Of a stretch of 64,000 nucleotides of DNA, positions 1-7,678 are shown piece by piece. Each line of letters starts with the position of its first letter. Positions within the stretch are counted from its first letter, which is position 1. Below the pieces are notes generated by a model. It worked only from the letters and a program-made list of their open reading frames with translations, had not been told where the DNA came from and searched no databases. Made by a program: the position numbers and the translations under genes. The DNA lies in assembly GCA_035710515.1 (NCBI GenBank), contig DASTDE010000004.1, forward strand, positions 403,434-467,433, read 5' to 3'. This DNA comes from Candidatus Rubrimentiphilum sp. Lineage in GTDB: Bacteria; Vulcanimicrobiota; Vulcanimicrobiia; Vulcanimicrobiales; Vulcanimicrobiaceae.

Positions 1-23
1 ACAGGCCAATGTCAAATGAGCGT

Positions 24-662
24 CTAGGCATTGAGCGCCATGAACCCGTCGCGCGCGCTCTCCCATTGTTCGGGCGCAACCGCACGCTCGGCATAGAATG
101 CCGCCGTAAAGGACCTGGCAATCTTGTCGAACTCCGGCGCAGCTGCCGGAGCTCCTCGCGCCACCGCCCGCCGGCATTCGTTCACGGTTCGGCTGGGATC
201 GGGCCAAATGACTCCCATGCGTTCCAGTTTGAGCAGCGCGGCCCAAAAGATGAGCGCGATCGCGGCGCGATAATCACCGCGTAACGCGGCTAAACAACTG
301 CGCTCGTAGAGCGATTCGAAATCGGGAGTATCGGCGAGCGGTTGCGACCGGCCGGCGCGCTGCGCGTCGCGCACGGCTCCGGCCATCAGCCTGGCGCCGA
401 CGATAAGGATAATTACCACAAGCGCAATCACGAGGAGATATCCGAGAGCGACGCCGGTCTGTCTGCCCACTTGCACGTGCGAAAAGAGCACGTCGGACAA
501 GCGGCTCCATTGGTCGCGCACCCACGTCCAAAATATCTCCCAGGCGGTGCGATGCGTTGTCGGAATCGCGACGCGAAATCGATCTTCCAAAAGAATCTTG
601 CGTGCGAGGACGCTGGGATCGATCGGCGGCAGCCGGGGAACCAAAACCGGCGCCGCGCTCAT
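24..662 (-). CDS. hypothetical membrane-anchored protein, DUF4129-like
   Basis: 212-aa ORF with one central TM helix (GYLLVIALVVIILIVGARL). The helical C-terminal part (YERSCLAALRGDYRAAIALIFWAALLKLE) resembles DUF4129 proteins. The ATG overlaps the upstream gene stop in an ATGA junction (659-662). The family call is from motif memory only. Confidence 0.5.
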   Translation of the reverse strand: MSAAPVLVPRLPPIDPSVLARKILLEDRFRVAIPTTHRTAWEIFWTWVRDQWSRLSDVLFSHVQVGRQTGVALGYLLVIALVVIILIVGARLMAGAVRDAQRAGRSQPLADTPDFESLYERSCLAALRGDYRAAIALIFWAALLKLERMGVIWPDPSRTVNECRRAVARGAPAAAPEFDKIARSFTAAFYAERAVAPEQWESARDGFMALNA

Positions 663-1615
663 GGAGATCGGGGTTCGAGCTGCGCCAATTCTTCCTGAAT
701 GTCCATTCCTTCGCGCCGCACGCGCACGTCAAAATAGTATACTGCCGCCAGCAGCGTAAGCAGCGAGATATGCACGAAGGTCACCAGACCATTTGCAGCC
801 GCCGCCAACAGTGGACTGTGCACGAGAAAGTAGGCGGCCAGCGTCACGGCTAGTGCGAGCATCGAGAGGCCCAAATAGATCGCGCCGATCGCCAAGCTCG
901 TTACCACCGCTCGCCAGAATTCGCGACGATTGAAGAGCCGGGAGAATGCGCGCCCAATAGCCTCGGCAAAACCCAATCCTTCCAAGACCACCGAGAAGAG
1001 GGCGCAGGCGATCGTGAGCTGAGCGACCGCTAAGGACACGAGCCACACGATAATGAACAGCAGCGTAAGCACGCCGAACGCGATACCGAAACCGACTCCC
1101 GCGCGCAGGGAGAAAATCGTCAGCAAGATCAGGACGAAATACCCGATGAACCCGACTATAACGAATGCCGCAAAGATGACGACGCTTAGGAAAAGCGTGC
1201 CTAGCATCGGACCCCATCGTCGAAAAACGGCCGCATAACACTGGCGCCAATCGGGATACGATCCTTCGTAAACGCGCGCCAGAGCCACGCCAATGGCCAC
1301 TGAGGAGAACGGCAACAAGATGATCGAAACCAGGGCCGCCAACCAGATCCATCCCGGAATTTGGTCGTTTGTGATCTGCGGGACCTTGGGATTGCGTCCC
1401 GGGTGATTCGCTTGCGCGATGACCGCACCCATCTGTTGGTATGCCGCAATGCTGCTGCCGGACTGAAAATACTGAACGACGGTTAATGGCAATACAATAA
1501 CGATCGTAATGAGTGCGATCGGCACGAAGTAGCGGACGTAAAGCGTCACGGCGCGATCGAAGATTTCTCCGATGCCCAATGGCCGCAGCGGCAGCGGGTC
1601 ACCCGCCATGCTCAT
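659..1615 (-). CDS. multi-pass integral membrane protein (function unknown)
   Basis: The ORF track gives 659..1690. I prefer the ATG at 1615 (MSMAGDPLPLRPLGIGEIFDRAV...). It is preceded by GAAGGG and avoids overlap with the divergent MOSC gene that starts at 1667. About 7 hydrophobic helices are visible. Confidence 0.55.
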   Translation of the reverse strand: MSMAGDPLPLRPLGIGEIFDRAVTLYVRYFVPIALITIVIVLPLTVVQYFQSGSSIAAYQQMGAVIAQANHPGRNPKVPQITNDQIPGWIWLAALVSIILLPFSSVAIGVALARVYEGSYPDWRQCYAAVFRRWGPMLGTLFLSVVIFAAFVIVGFIGYFVLILLTIFSLRAGVGFGIAFGVLTLLFIIVWLVSLAVAQLTIACALFSVVLEGLGFAEAIGRAFSRLFNRREFWRAVVTSLAIGAIYLGLSMLALAVTLAAYFLVHSPLLAAAANGLVTFVHISLLTLLAAVYYFDVRVRREGMDIQEELAQLEPRSP

Positions 1616-1666
1616 GGGCCGCCCTTCTTGAGGGTTTGAACGCGGTCCTATGGTAATGAAAGCACG

Positions 1667-2302
1667 ATGCAGCTGCTCGGACACGTTCACGCCATTTACC
1701 GCTATCCCGTCAAGAGTTTGGCCGGTGAATCATTGAATGAGGTGACGATCGACGCGGACGGGATCCCCGGCGACCGCGCCGCGGCGCTCTTCGTTACAGC
1801 GGGTCACGCGCGAACCGGCAAGACGTACCGCGGCAAAGAACACAATCTGCTGCACTTGACGAGCGATCCGCGCGAAGCGGCGGAGTTGGCGAAAGCCGGC
1901 GGCGTTACGGTCGAGCTTCGCCGCGGCGACCACTTTTTCGACGCCGCACCGGTTTCATTGCTCTTCGATCGCTGGGTGGAGGAAGTCTCCGCCGCCCTCG
2001 GCCGTCCCCTCGACTTCAGGCGCTGGCGGCCGAATCTCTTTGCTCACGCCGCTGAAGATTTTCAGTTCAGCGAAAGCGATCTTAACGGCGCGCTCATCGA
2101 AGCCGGAACAGCAATCTTGCGCGTGTCCGAATCGGATAAACGCTGCGTAACGACCACGTACGACGTAGAAACCGGCGAAGCCGATCCCGAAGTTTTACGC
2201 TATGTCGCGCAGGAGCGCGACAGCGTGCTCGGCGTTTACTGCGACGTGGAGCTGGCCGGCGTCGTCCGCGCGGGCGACGCTTTACGCTTGCGCGCGCGCT
2301 GA
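1667..2302 (+). CDS. MOSC domain-containing protein
   Basis: 211 aa. The N-terminus (HVHAIYRYPVKSLAGESL) and the later RWRPNL and KRCVTTTYD motifs are typical of MOSC / MOSC_N beta-barrel proteins. Confidence 0.75.
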   Translation: MQLLGHVHAIYRYPVKSLAGESLNEVTIDADGIPGDRAAALFVTAGHARTGKTYRGKEHNLLHLTSDPREAAELAKAGGVTVELRRGDHFFDAAPVSLLFDRWVEEVSAALGRPLDFRRWRPNLFAHAAEDFQFSESDLNGALIEAGTAILRVSESDKRCVTTTYDVETGEADPEVLRYVAQERDSVLGVYCDVELAGVVRAGDALRLRAR

Positions 2303-2601
2303 ACGTCGCGAACTACCGACTCAAGCGCGTCGATGTAATCCAAAAAACGCTCGCGGCCTGCGCGCGTTATGCGCACGACCGTCTGCGGGCGGCCCTTCCC
2401 CGTGATGCGCCGCATGTCGACGATGCCCATCTCGGCGAGCGCATGTAAATGACGGTTCAGATTGCCGTCGGTCAAGTCGCACGCTTCCTGCAGCTGTGTG
2501 AACGAGATGCCTTCCGGGTGCGCGATCAGCGCGCTGCAGATCGCCAGCCTTCCCCGCTCGTGAAAGACTCGGTCGAGCGCGCTCAAAGCGAATTGCGTCA
2601 T
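2236..2601 (-). CDS. winged-helix transcriptional regulator (HTH_34/ArsR-like)
   Basis: 121 aa. The motifs RGRLAICSALIAHPEGISFTQLQEACDLTDGNLNRHLHALAEMGIV and GKGRPQTVVRITRAGRERF indicate a wHTH fold. A 4-nt overlap links it to the upstream membrane protein gene. Confidence 0.75.
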   Translation of the reverse strand: MTQFALSALDRVFHERGRLAICSALIAHPEGISFTQLQEACDLTDGNLNRHLHALAEMGIVDMRRITGKGRPQTVVRITRAGRERFLDYIDALESVVRDVQRARKRKASPARTTPASSTSQ

Positions 2602-3224
2602 ACCGCTCTCCCTTCACGATCGCGCATGACCAGGATACCGATCGCGATCTGTCCCGCGCCGAACCCGATCGCGAGCGTGGCCGGAGCGAGCGCCAGATCG
2701 TGCGGCACAAACAGCAAACCGGCACCGGCAGCCAAGAACGCCACTGAGATCGGTAAGACGGCGCGCGGGAGCATCGTGTACGATGCCAGCAATCCAACGC
2801 CGTAGCATCCGTACCACACTGCGGGTAGGAGCGCGAAGAGGTCGGCACGCAGCAATGCGAAGGAAAGCGCGGCTCCCAGAATAAGCGCCGGCAAGATCGC
2901 AAAGCCGACGGTCGCGGTTTGCCACCGCTCGCGTGCGGTCGCATCGTTGACGTACCAGTGCGCGATCGCGCCATAGTTCACGATCATGGCGGCGGCGCAG
3001 CACGCGAACCAAATTGCGAAATACAGATGTCCGTCGTGCGACGTGCGCACGGCCGGAACGAGCAGCCACTGAACGACGCCGGACGCCAGTGCGAACGCGC
3101 CCGAAACCGCCGCGGCCAAACCGGAGTAGCCTTTGAAGCGCTGCACGTGCCCGAGGCGTTCGCGCACCTCGGCGATATCCGCCAACGCCCGTTCTAAGTC
3201 GGTCATGTCCTTACTTTGTAGCAC
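2598..3224 (-). CDS. integral membrane protein co-transcribed with the wHTH regulator
   Basis: 208-aa ORF (GTG 3224; alternative ATG 3206). It has an amphipathic N-terminus followed by about 5 TM helices. No family was recognised. Confidence 0.6.
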   Translation of the reverse strand: MLQSKDMTDLERALADIAEVRERLGHVQRFKGYSGLAAAVSGAFALASGVVQWLLVPAVRTSHDGHLYFAIWFACCAAAMIVNYGAIAHWYVNDATARERWQTATVGFAILPALILGAALSFALLRADLFALLPAVWYGCYGVGLLASYTMLPRAVLPISVAFLAAGAGLLFVPHDLALAPATLAIGFGAGQIAIGILVMRDREGRAV

Positions 3225-3281
3225 AAAGCGTGCGTTCTCGGCAACTTTTTTGACTTCAGGCGCCAGAAATACTCCATGAAA

Positions 3282-3327
3282 AAACGGCCGGCGACAGGCC
3301 GCCCGCAGAGCCTACCGTCGGCCGTTT
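3282..3327 (-). terminator. intrinsic terminator downstream of the 30-aa peptide gene
   Basis: On the minus strand AAACGGCCGaCG ... CGcCGGCCGTTT forms a 9+2 bp GC-rich stem with one mismatch, followed directly by TTTTTT. It lies 16 nt after the peptide stop codon. Confidence 0.6.
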
Positions 3328-3342
3328 CTTATGAGATTGGAA

Positions 3343-3435
3343 CTAGGTCAGATCGATGGGATCGCAACAGGCGACGCTGCCGCCACCCGAGCTACCGAAC
3401 AATGCTGTGAGAACGATGATCACACCGTCAACCAT
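3343..3435 (-). CDS. small hydrophobic peptide, 30 aa: MVDGVIIVLTALFGSSGGGSVACCDPIDLT
   Basis: Below the ORF-track size cutoff. ATG at 3435, with AAGGAG (3442-3447) 6 nt upstream; TAG at 3343-3345, followed by a hairpin plus T-run. The C-terminal ACCDPIDLT matches ACCFPIDLS in the divergent neighbour, using different synonymous codons. Confidence 0.6.
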   Translation of the reverse strand: MVDGVIIVLTALFGSSGGGSVACCDPIDLT

Positions 3436-3624
3436 ATGGATCTCCTTTAAAGAGTGAGTAATGTGCCGCAAGTGTAGTCCCCTTTAATTGGCCTTGTATA
3501 TGATCGGATCAGATTGTTAGCTTTTCTCCTCAGGCGTTAGACGTAGGGCTACCCCGCAGGGCTTTACCCCGACCCGGCTAAGGTTTCATGGCACTTCTCT
3601 TTTTGATGATAAGGAGTTTTCGCT

Positions 3625-4029
3625 GTGAAAAAAATGCCGGCTACAATAGATCGCGGTACCCTTTTGAAGGGTGGTGGAACGGCGGCACTCACGGCGCTGC
3701 TAATCGGGGCGCTCGAAGGGCGCGCAGAAGCATGCTGCTTTCCGATCGACCTCAGTTACGGCGACAATCTCAGCAGCGTTGAGAAAATGGCTGAAAATAC
3801 AGCCGCAAGGAAAAAGGGCGCGACGGAATTCAGTGCCGTCAGGATTTGGGCGCCGGCACCAGGCAACGGTGGTGGCGGCACTCCGCGGCCTACCGCTCCG
3901 TGGACCTTACTCTTTACCGCGGCAAACGCTTCGGTGGCGGGGTTCGACGAAAATCAGAATCACCACGGGAATTCGAAGGCTCTCGTGCCCAAGCCGTTGG
4001 GCGGAACGATTTACGTTTTCGTCAAGTAA
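3625..4029 (+). CDS. hypothetical secreted protein with an N-proximal CCxPIDL motif
   Basis: 134 aa. GTG start with AAGGAG 8 nt upstream. It has a signal-like N-terminus (MKKMPATIDRGTLLKGGGTAALTALLIGALEGRAEA|CC) and a Gly/Pro-rich middle. No family was recognised. Confidence 0.65.
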   Translation: MKKMPATIDRGTLLKGGGTAALTALLIGALEGRAEACCFPIDLSYGDNLSSVEKMAENTAARKKGATEFSAVRIWAPAPGNGGGGTPRPTAPWTLLFTAANASVAGFDENQNHHGNSKALVPKPLGGTIYVFVK

Positions 4030-4031
4030 CG

Positions 4032-6740
4032 CTAGGTAACGCTCACCTCGGATCGCTCGCCGAACCTTTGCGACAGCGCTTGAGCAGTCGTCTTTAGATT
4101 ACCGCTCAAGACTAGCGTTACGCTTTCGTCCAGCTCGCGTCCGTAGCGCTCTCGCAGCTCGCCATCGACTCGATCGCGATCGAGTCCGGGCATTTCGCGG
4201 AGCGAGTGAACGCGGCGCATCGCCAAGCTCAGCGCGAAGGCATCCTTGGCGCCGTCGACGTCCTTTTGGCAAAGGGCAACCGCGGCGCAGGCTTCCAAAG
4301 AGTTCACGATCAATTCGAGCGCATCGAGACGTAATGCGATGTGCAAGCTCTCGCCCGCCAAGGATCGAGCTTCCGAACAATCGTTTCGATTCTCCAGAAC
4401 AGCCATAGCTGCCAAGATTTCGGCAATGCCGAATTCGTTTTTTATTTTGCGCTTGGTGGCGAGAGCCGTTGTGAAACACTTCTTCGCTTGCTCCCAATCG
4501 CCGCGTTTATACGCGAGAGTTCCGAGCGTCGCTATGACCGTCGCGCAAACATCCTCGTCGCCCAAGCGCTCCGCTCGCGTGCGGCATTCCGAGAGCAGCA
4601 ACTCCGCGGCGTCGAGATCGCCGCGCTGGAGTTTGATCGCCGCGCAGTTCGTGCTCGAGCTGACCGCGGCGCGTTCTTGTCCGGCCTCCGTGCAGCGCAC
4701 TGCGATATCGCTATACAAGCGCTCGGCCCCTGAATAGTTACCCCGCCGGTTCTCGTTGACGGCCAGAGCGTGCAGCGCTTCGAGAACGCCCGGCTGGTCC
4801 TTGGCTTCATGGTAGATCGTGAGAGAGCGCTTGGCCAGCGAATCCGCGGCGTCGTATGCACCTTCGATGCTTGCAAACGTCGCCGCGCGCCGCAGAATGC
4901 CGGCGAGAATCGTATCTTCCGGCCCGGCAGCGTCGATGTAACGCTGCAGCCACCTGCGCCCTTCCTTGACGGTCCGGCGGATATACCAGTAACGGAACAT
5001 GCCGAGGAGCATCTGCCCGAGTTCCGGGCCCGTGTTTTCAAAGCCGTAAACGAGCGCGGCGCGAACGTTTGCCGCGTCGCCGTCGACGGCGTCGAGCCAA
5101 TTGCCGAGCGCTTCATGCAGCAGTGGGCCGCTTCCCTTTGTCGCGAGCGCGGCAAATAGTTCAAAATGCCTTGCACGGGCCGCGGCCAGCACCGCCGCCT
5201 CGCTTTGCTCGCCGGCATATTCGCGAATGACCTCCAGCATACGATACCGCGTTCCGGCATCGGCGCGCTGCACCGCCAAGAACGATTTGTCCACAAGTTC
5301 CTCGAGGATGTCGAGCACCGCGGTTCCTCGCGTTGATGAAGCTACAGTCTCGCACGCCTCGAGTGAGAAGCCGCCGACAAAGACCGAGAGCTCGCCGAGC
5401 AGTTTTCGTTCCGCATCGTCCAGCAGTTCGTAGCTCCAAGCAATCGTCTCACGCAACGTTTTGTGGCGATCGTCCTCCGCCGCCGACGTTCGGAGCAGGG
5501 CGAGTTGATCTCCCAAGCGCTCCCGGATTTGACGCAGCGATAACGTCGAAAGCCGCGCGGCCGCGAGTTCGATGGCGAGCGGGATACCTTGCAGCGCGCG
5601 CGAGATCGCGGCGAAGTCTTCATAGTCCCCCGTGCTCGGCACAAAAGCGTGCGCGATCGCCTGTGCGCGCTCTATGAAGAGCCGCTCGGCGTCGGCTTCA
5701 TCGAACGGACCCAAACGGTACACGCGCTCGCCGCGGACGTGCAGCGACTCCTGCGTGCTCGTGACGATGCTCACATCCTTCGCCCGATCGAGAATCAATT
5801 TTACCGTCTTTGCGATCGCGGGCAACAAGTGTTCGGCGTTGTCGAGCACGAGCAAGAGGCGCTGGGCTGCTAGCTGCCGCAGGAGCGTCGCCTCGATCGG
5901 TTCGCCTGCCGCCTCACCGATGCCGAGCGCCGATGCAATCGTTTGCGCGATGAGTTTTGGATCCGAGGTGGATGCTAGCGCAACAAACCAGACGCCGTCA
6001 TTGAAGTCGTCGAGCAGTTCCGCGCCGAGCTGCAGCGCCAGGCGCGTCTTTCCAATGCCGCCGGGACCACACAACGTCACCAGCCGGTGCTGCGCCACCA
6101 GTTCGCGCAATTCACGCAGCTCGGATTCGCGTCCAACGAAACTCGAAAGTTCCAACGGCAGGTTGTTGGGACGCGCGTCGAGGGTTCGCAGCGCCGGAAA
6201 ATCTTTTTGCAGATCCGGCGCAGTGAGCTGAAAGATCGTTTCGGGTTCGGCGAGATCGCGCAGGCGGTGCGTTCCCAAACTGCGGCACTCGAGATCCGGC
6301 GGCAACTCGCCGCGCACAAGCGTTGCGGTAGCCGCCGAGAGCAGTATCTGTCCGCCGTGACCGGCCGACATTAAGCGTGCAACGCGGTTGAGCGCCGGGC
6401 CGAAGTAATCGTCGTCGGACTCCAGCGCGCTGCCGGTGTGCAATCCGATCCGCACGCGCAGCTCGCCCACCGCGCTGTCCCATCGCTCTTCCGCAAGCTT
6501 GCGCTGCACGTCGACCGCCGCCATCGCGGCGCGTTCCGGTGATGCGAAGACGCAGCAGAACGCATCGCCGACGCGTTTAAAAACGCTTCCGCTCTGGGCT
6601 TCGATCGTACCGGACAGGATCGCATCGTGCGCCGCGAGCGCTCCGGCCATGGCTTCGGGCGCGCGATCCCAGCGAGTTGTGCTGCCTTCGATGTCGGTAA
6701 AAAGAAAAGTCAGCACTCCGGTTTGGGGCAGCGCGTGCAC
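4032..6740 (-). CDS. class III adenylate/guanylate cyclase domain - STAND (P-loop) NTPase - TPR protein
   Basis: 902 aa. The cyclase domain shows LTFLFTDIEGST, KRVGDAF, RIGLHTG and YFGPALNRVARL. The P-loop is LCGPGGIGKTRLAL, with LLVLDNAEH as Walker B. The C-terminal third is TPR-like helical repeats. Confidence 0.85.
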   Translation of the reverse strand: MHALPQTGVLTFLFTDIEGSTTRWDRAPEAMAGALAAHDAILSGTIEAQSGSVFKRVGDAFCCVFASPERAAMAAVDVQRKLAEERWDSAVGELRVRIGLHTGSALESDDDYFGPALNRVARLMSAGHGGQILLSAATATLVRGELPPDLECRSLGTHRLRDLAEPETIFQLTAPDLQKDFPALRTLDARPNNLPLELSSFVGRESELRELRELVAQHRLVTLCGPGGIGKTRLALQLGAELLDDFNDGVWFVALASTSDPKLIAQTIASALGIGEAAGEPIEATLLRQLAAQRLLLVLDNAEHLLPAIAKTVKLILDRAKDVSIVTSTQESLHVRGERVYRLGPFDEADAERLFIERAQAIAHAFVPSTGDYEDFAAISRALQGIPLAIELAAARLSTLSLRQIRERLGDQLALLRTSAAEDDRHKTLRETIAWSYELLDDAERKLLGELSVFVGGFSLEACETVASSTRGTAVLDILEELVDKSFLAVQRADAGTRYRMLEVIREYAGEQSEAAVLAAARARHFELFAALATKGSGPLLHEALGNWLDAVDGDAANVRAALVYGFENTGPELGQMLLGMFRYWYIRRTVKEGRRWLQRYIDAAGPEDTILAGILRRAATFASIEGAYDAADSLAKRSLTIYHEAKDQPGVLEALHALAVNENRRGNYSGAERLYSDIAVRCTEAGQERAAVSSSTNCAAIKLQRGDLDAAELLLSECRTRAERLGDEDVCATVIATLGTLAYKRGDWEQAKKCFTTALATKRKIKNEFGIAEILAAMAVLENRNDCSEARSLAGESLHIALRLDALELIVNSLEACAAVALCQKDVDGAKDAFALSLAMRRVHSLREMPGLDRDRVDGELRERYGRELDESVTLVLSGNLKTTAQALSQRFGERSEVSVT

Positions 6741-6755
6741 ACCCCAAACTTCCGG

Positions 6756-7364
6756 CTAGAGCGTGCGGCGGCCTTCGATGGCTTTGGCCAGCGTCACCTC
6801 ATCCGCATAGTCGAGATCGCCGCCGATGGGCAATCCGTAGGCTAGCCTGGTGACCGATGCAACCAATGGAGTAAGCAAGCGCGAGATGTAGAGTGCGGTG
6901 GCTTCGCCTTCGGCATTCGGATTCGTCGCCAAAATGATCTCGCGCGGCTCTTCTTTTCCGATGCGGTCGACGAGCTCTTTGACGTGCAGTTGCGCGGGAC
7001 CGACGCCGTCCATCGGCGAGATCAGCCCGCCCAGCACGTGATAATGCCCTTTATAGACGCCGGTGCGTTCGAGCGCGTAGATGTCTTTGGCTTCGGCGAC
7101 CACGCAGATCATTTTGGAGTCGCGCCGGTCGTCGCTGCAGATCGGGCACGGGTCTTCCTCCGTGATTGAAAAGCACGTCGAACAGAGTTGAACGCGATCC
7201 TTGACCGACAAGATCGCCTCAGCCAGCGATTGCGCTTCGTTACGCGGACGGTTGAGCAAATAGAACACCAGCCGCGCAGCGGTCTTCGGACCGATCGTCG
7301 GAAGTTTGCTGAATTCGTTGATCAGGGCCTGGACCGGGCCGGCGATGCTTCCAGGTGAGGGCAC
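6756..7364 (-). CDS. recR: recombination protein RecR
   Basis: The C4 zinc finger is CSTCFSITEEDPCPIC, and the Toprim region is ICVVAEAKDIYALERTG...ATNPNAEGEATALYI. The track ORF runs to 7550 but that extension overlaps ybaB. GTG 7364 gives a normal 202-aa RecR (MPSPGSIAGPVQALINEFSKLPTIGPKTA). Confidence 0.9.
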   Translation of the reverse strand: MPSPGSIAGPVQALINEFSKLPTIGPKTAARLVFYLLNRPRNEAQSLAEAILSVKDRVQLCSTCFSITEEDPCPICSDDRRDSKMICVVAEAKDIYALERTGVYKGHYHVLGGLISPMDGVGPAQLHVKELVDRIGKEEPREIILATNPNAEGEATALYISRLLTPLVASVTRLAYGLPIGGDLDYADEVTLAKAIEGRRTL

Positions 7365-7369
7365 GTACT

Positions 7370-7678
7370 CTAGGAGAGTCCGGGAATGTGCAGGCCGCCG
7401 GTGACGCGGCTCATGCGCGCTTGCGCCGTTTCGTCGGCTTTCTTCAGCGCATCGTTGACGGCGACAACGATCAAATCTTCGAGCGTCTCCGCATCGGCCG
7501 GATCGATTGCTTCGGGTGCGATCTTGACCGCCTTGACGCGATGATCGCACGTCATCTCGACCTTGACCGCCTCGCCAGCTGCCGTCCCGGTGACGACGGT
7601 GCTCGCCAGCTCCTCCTGCGCCTTGGTCATCTCTTGCTGCATCTTGCGCATCTGCGCCATTAAGTTGGCTTGGTTCAC
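7370..7678 (-). CDS. ybaB: nucleoid-associated protein YbaB/EbfC
   Basis: 102 aa, with MAQMRKMQQEMTKAQEEL...GEAVKVEMTCDHRVKAVKI typical of the family. It sits in the classical dnaX-ybaB-recR position. A GTGA overlap joins it to the dnaX stop. Confidence 0.9.
   Translation of the reverse strand: MNQANLMAQMRKMQQEMTKAQEELASTVVTGTAAGEAVKVEMTCDHRVKAVKIAPEAIDPADAETLEDLIVVAVNDALKKADETAQARMSRVTGGLHIPGLS

Noticed and set aside
3625-3735. A Tat signal in the 134-aa protein (IDRGTLLKGGG resembles RRxFLK).
   Set aside because: Only a single Arg, preceded by Asp, is present, and the twin-arginine is essentially invariant. It was treated as a generic Sec-type signal instead.
7365-7550. N-terminal extensions of track ORFs for recR (to 7550), fabZ (to 25205), lpxD (to 27179), rsmG (from 51030), parA (from 53384), trpS (from 56470) and dacB (from 62273).
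   Set aside because: The extensions overlap the preceding gene in another frame, are compositionally non-protein-like, and exceed the normal family length. In each case an internal start at a 1-4 nt stop/start junction, or after a signal-peptide-compatible ATG, fits better.
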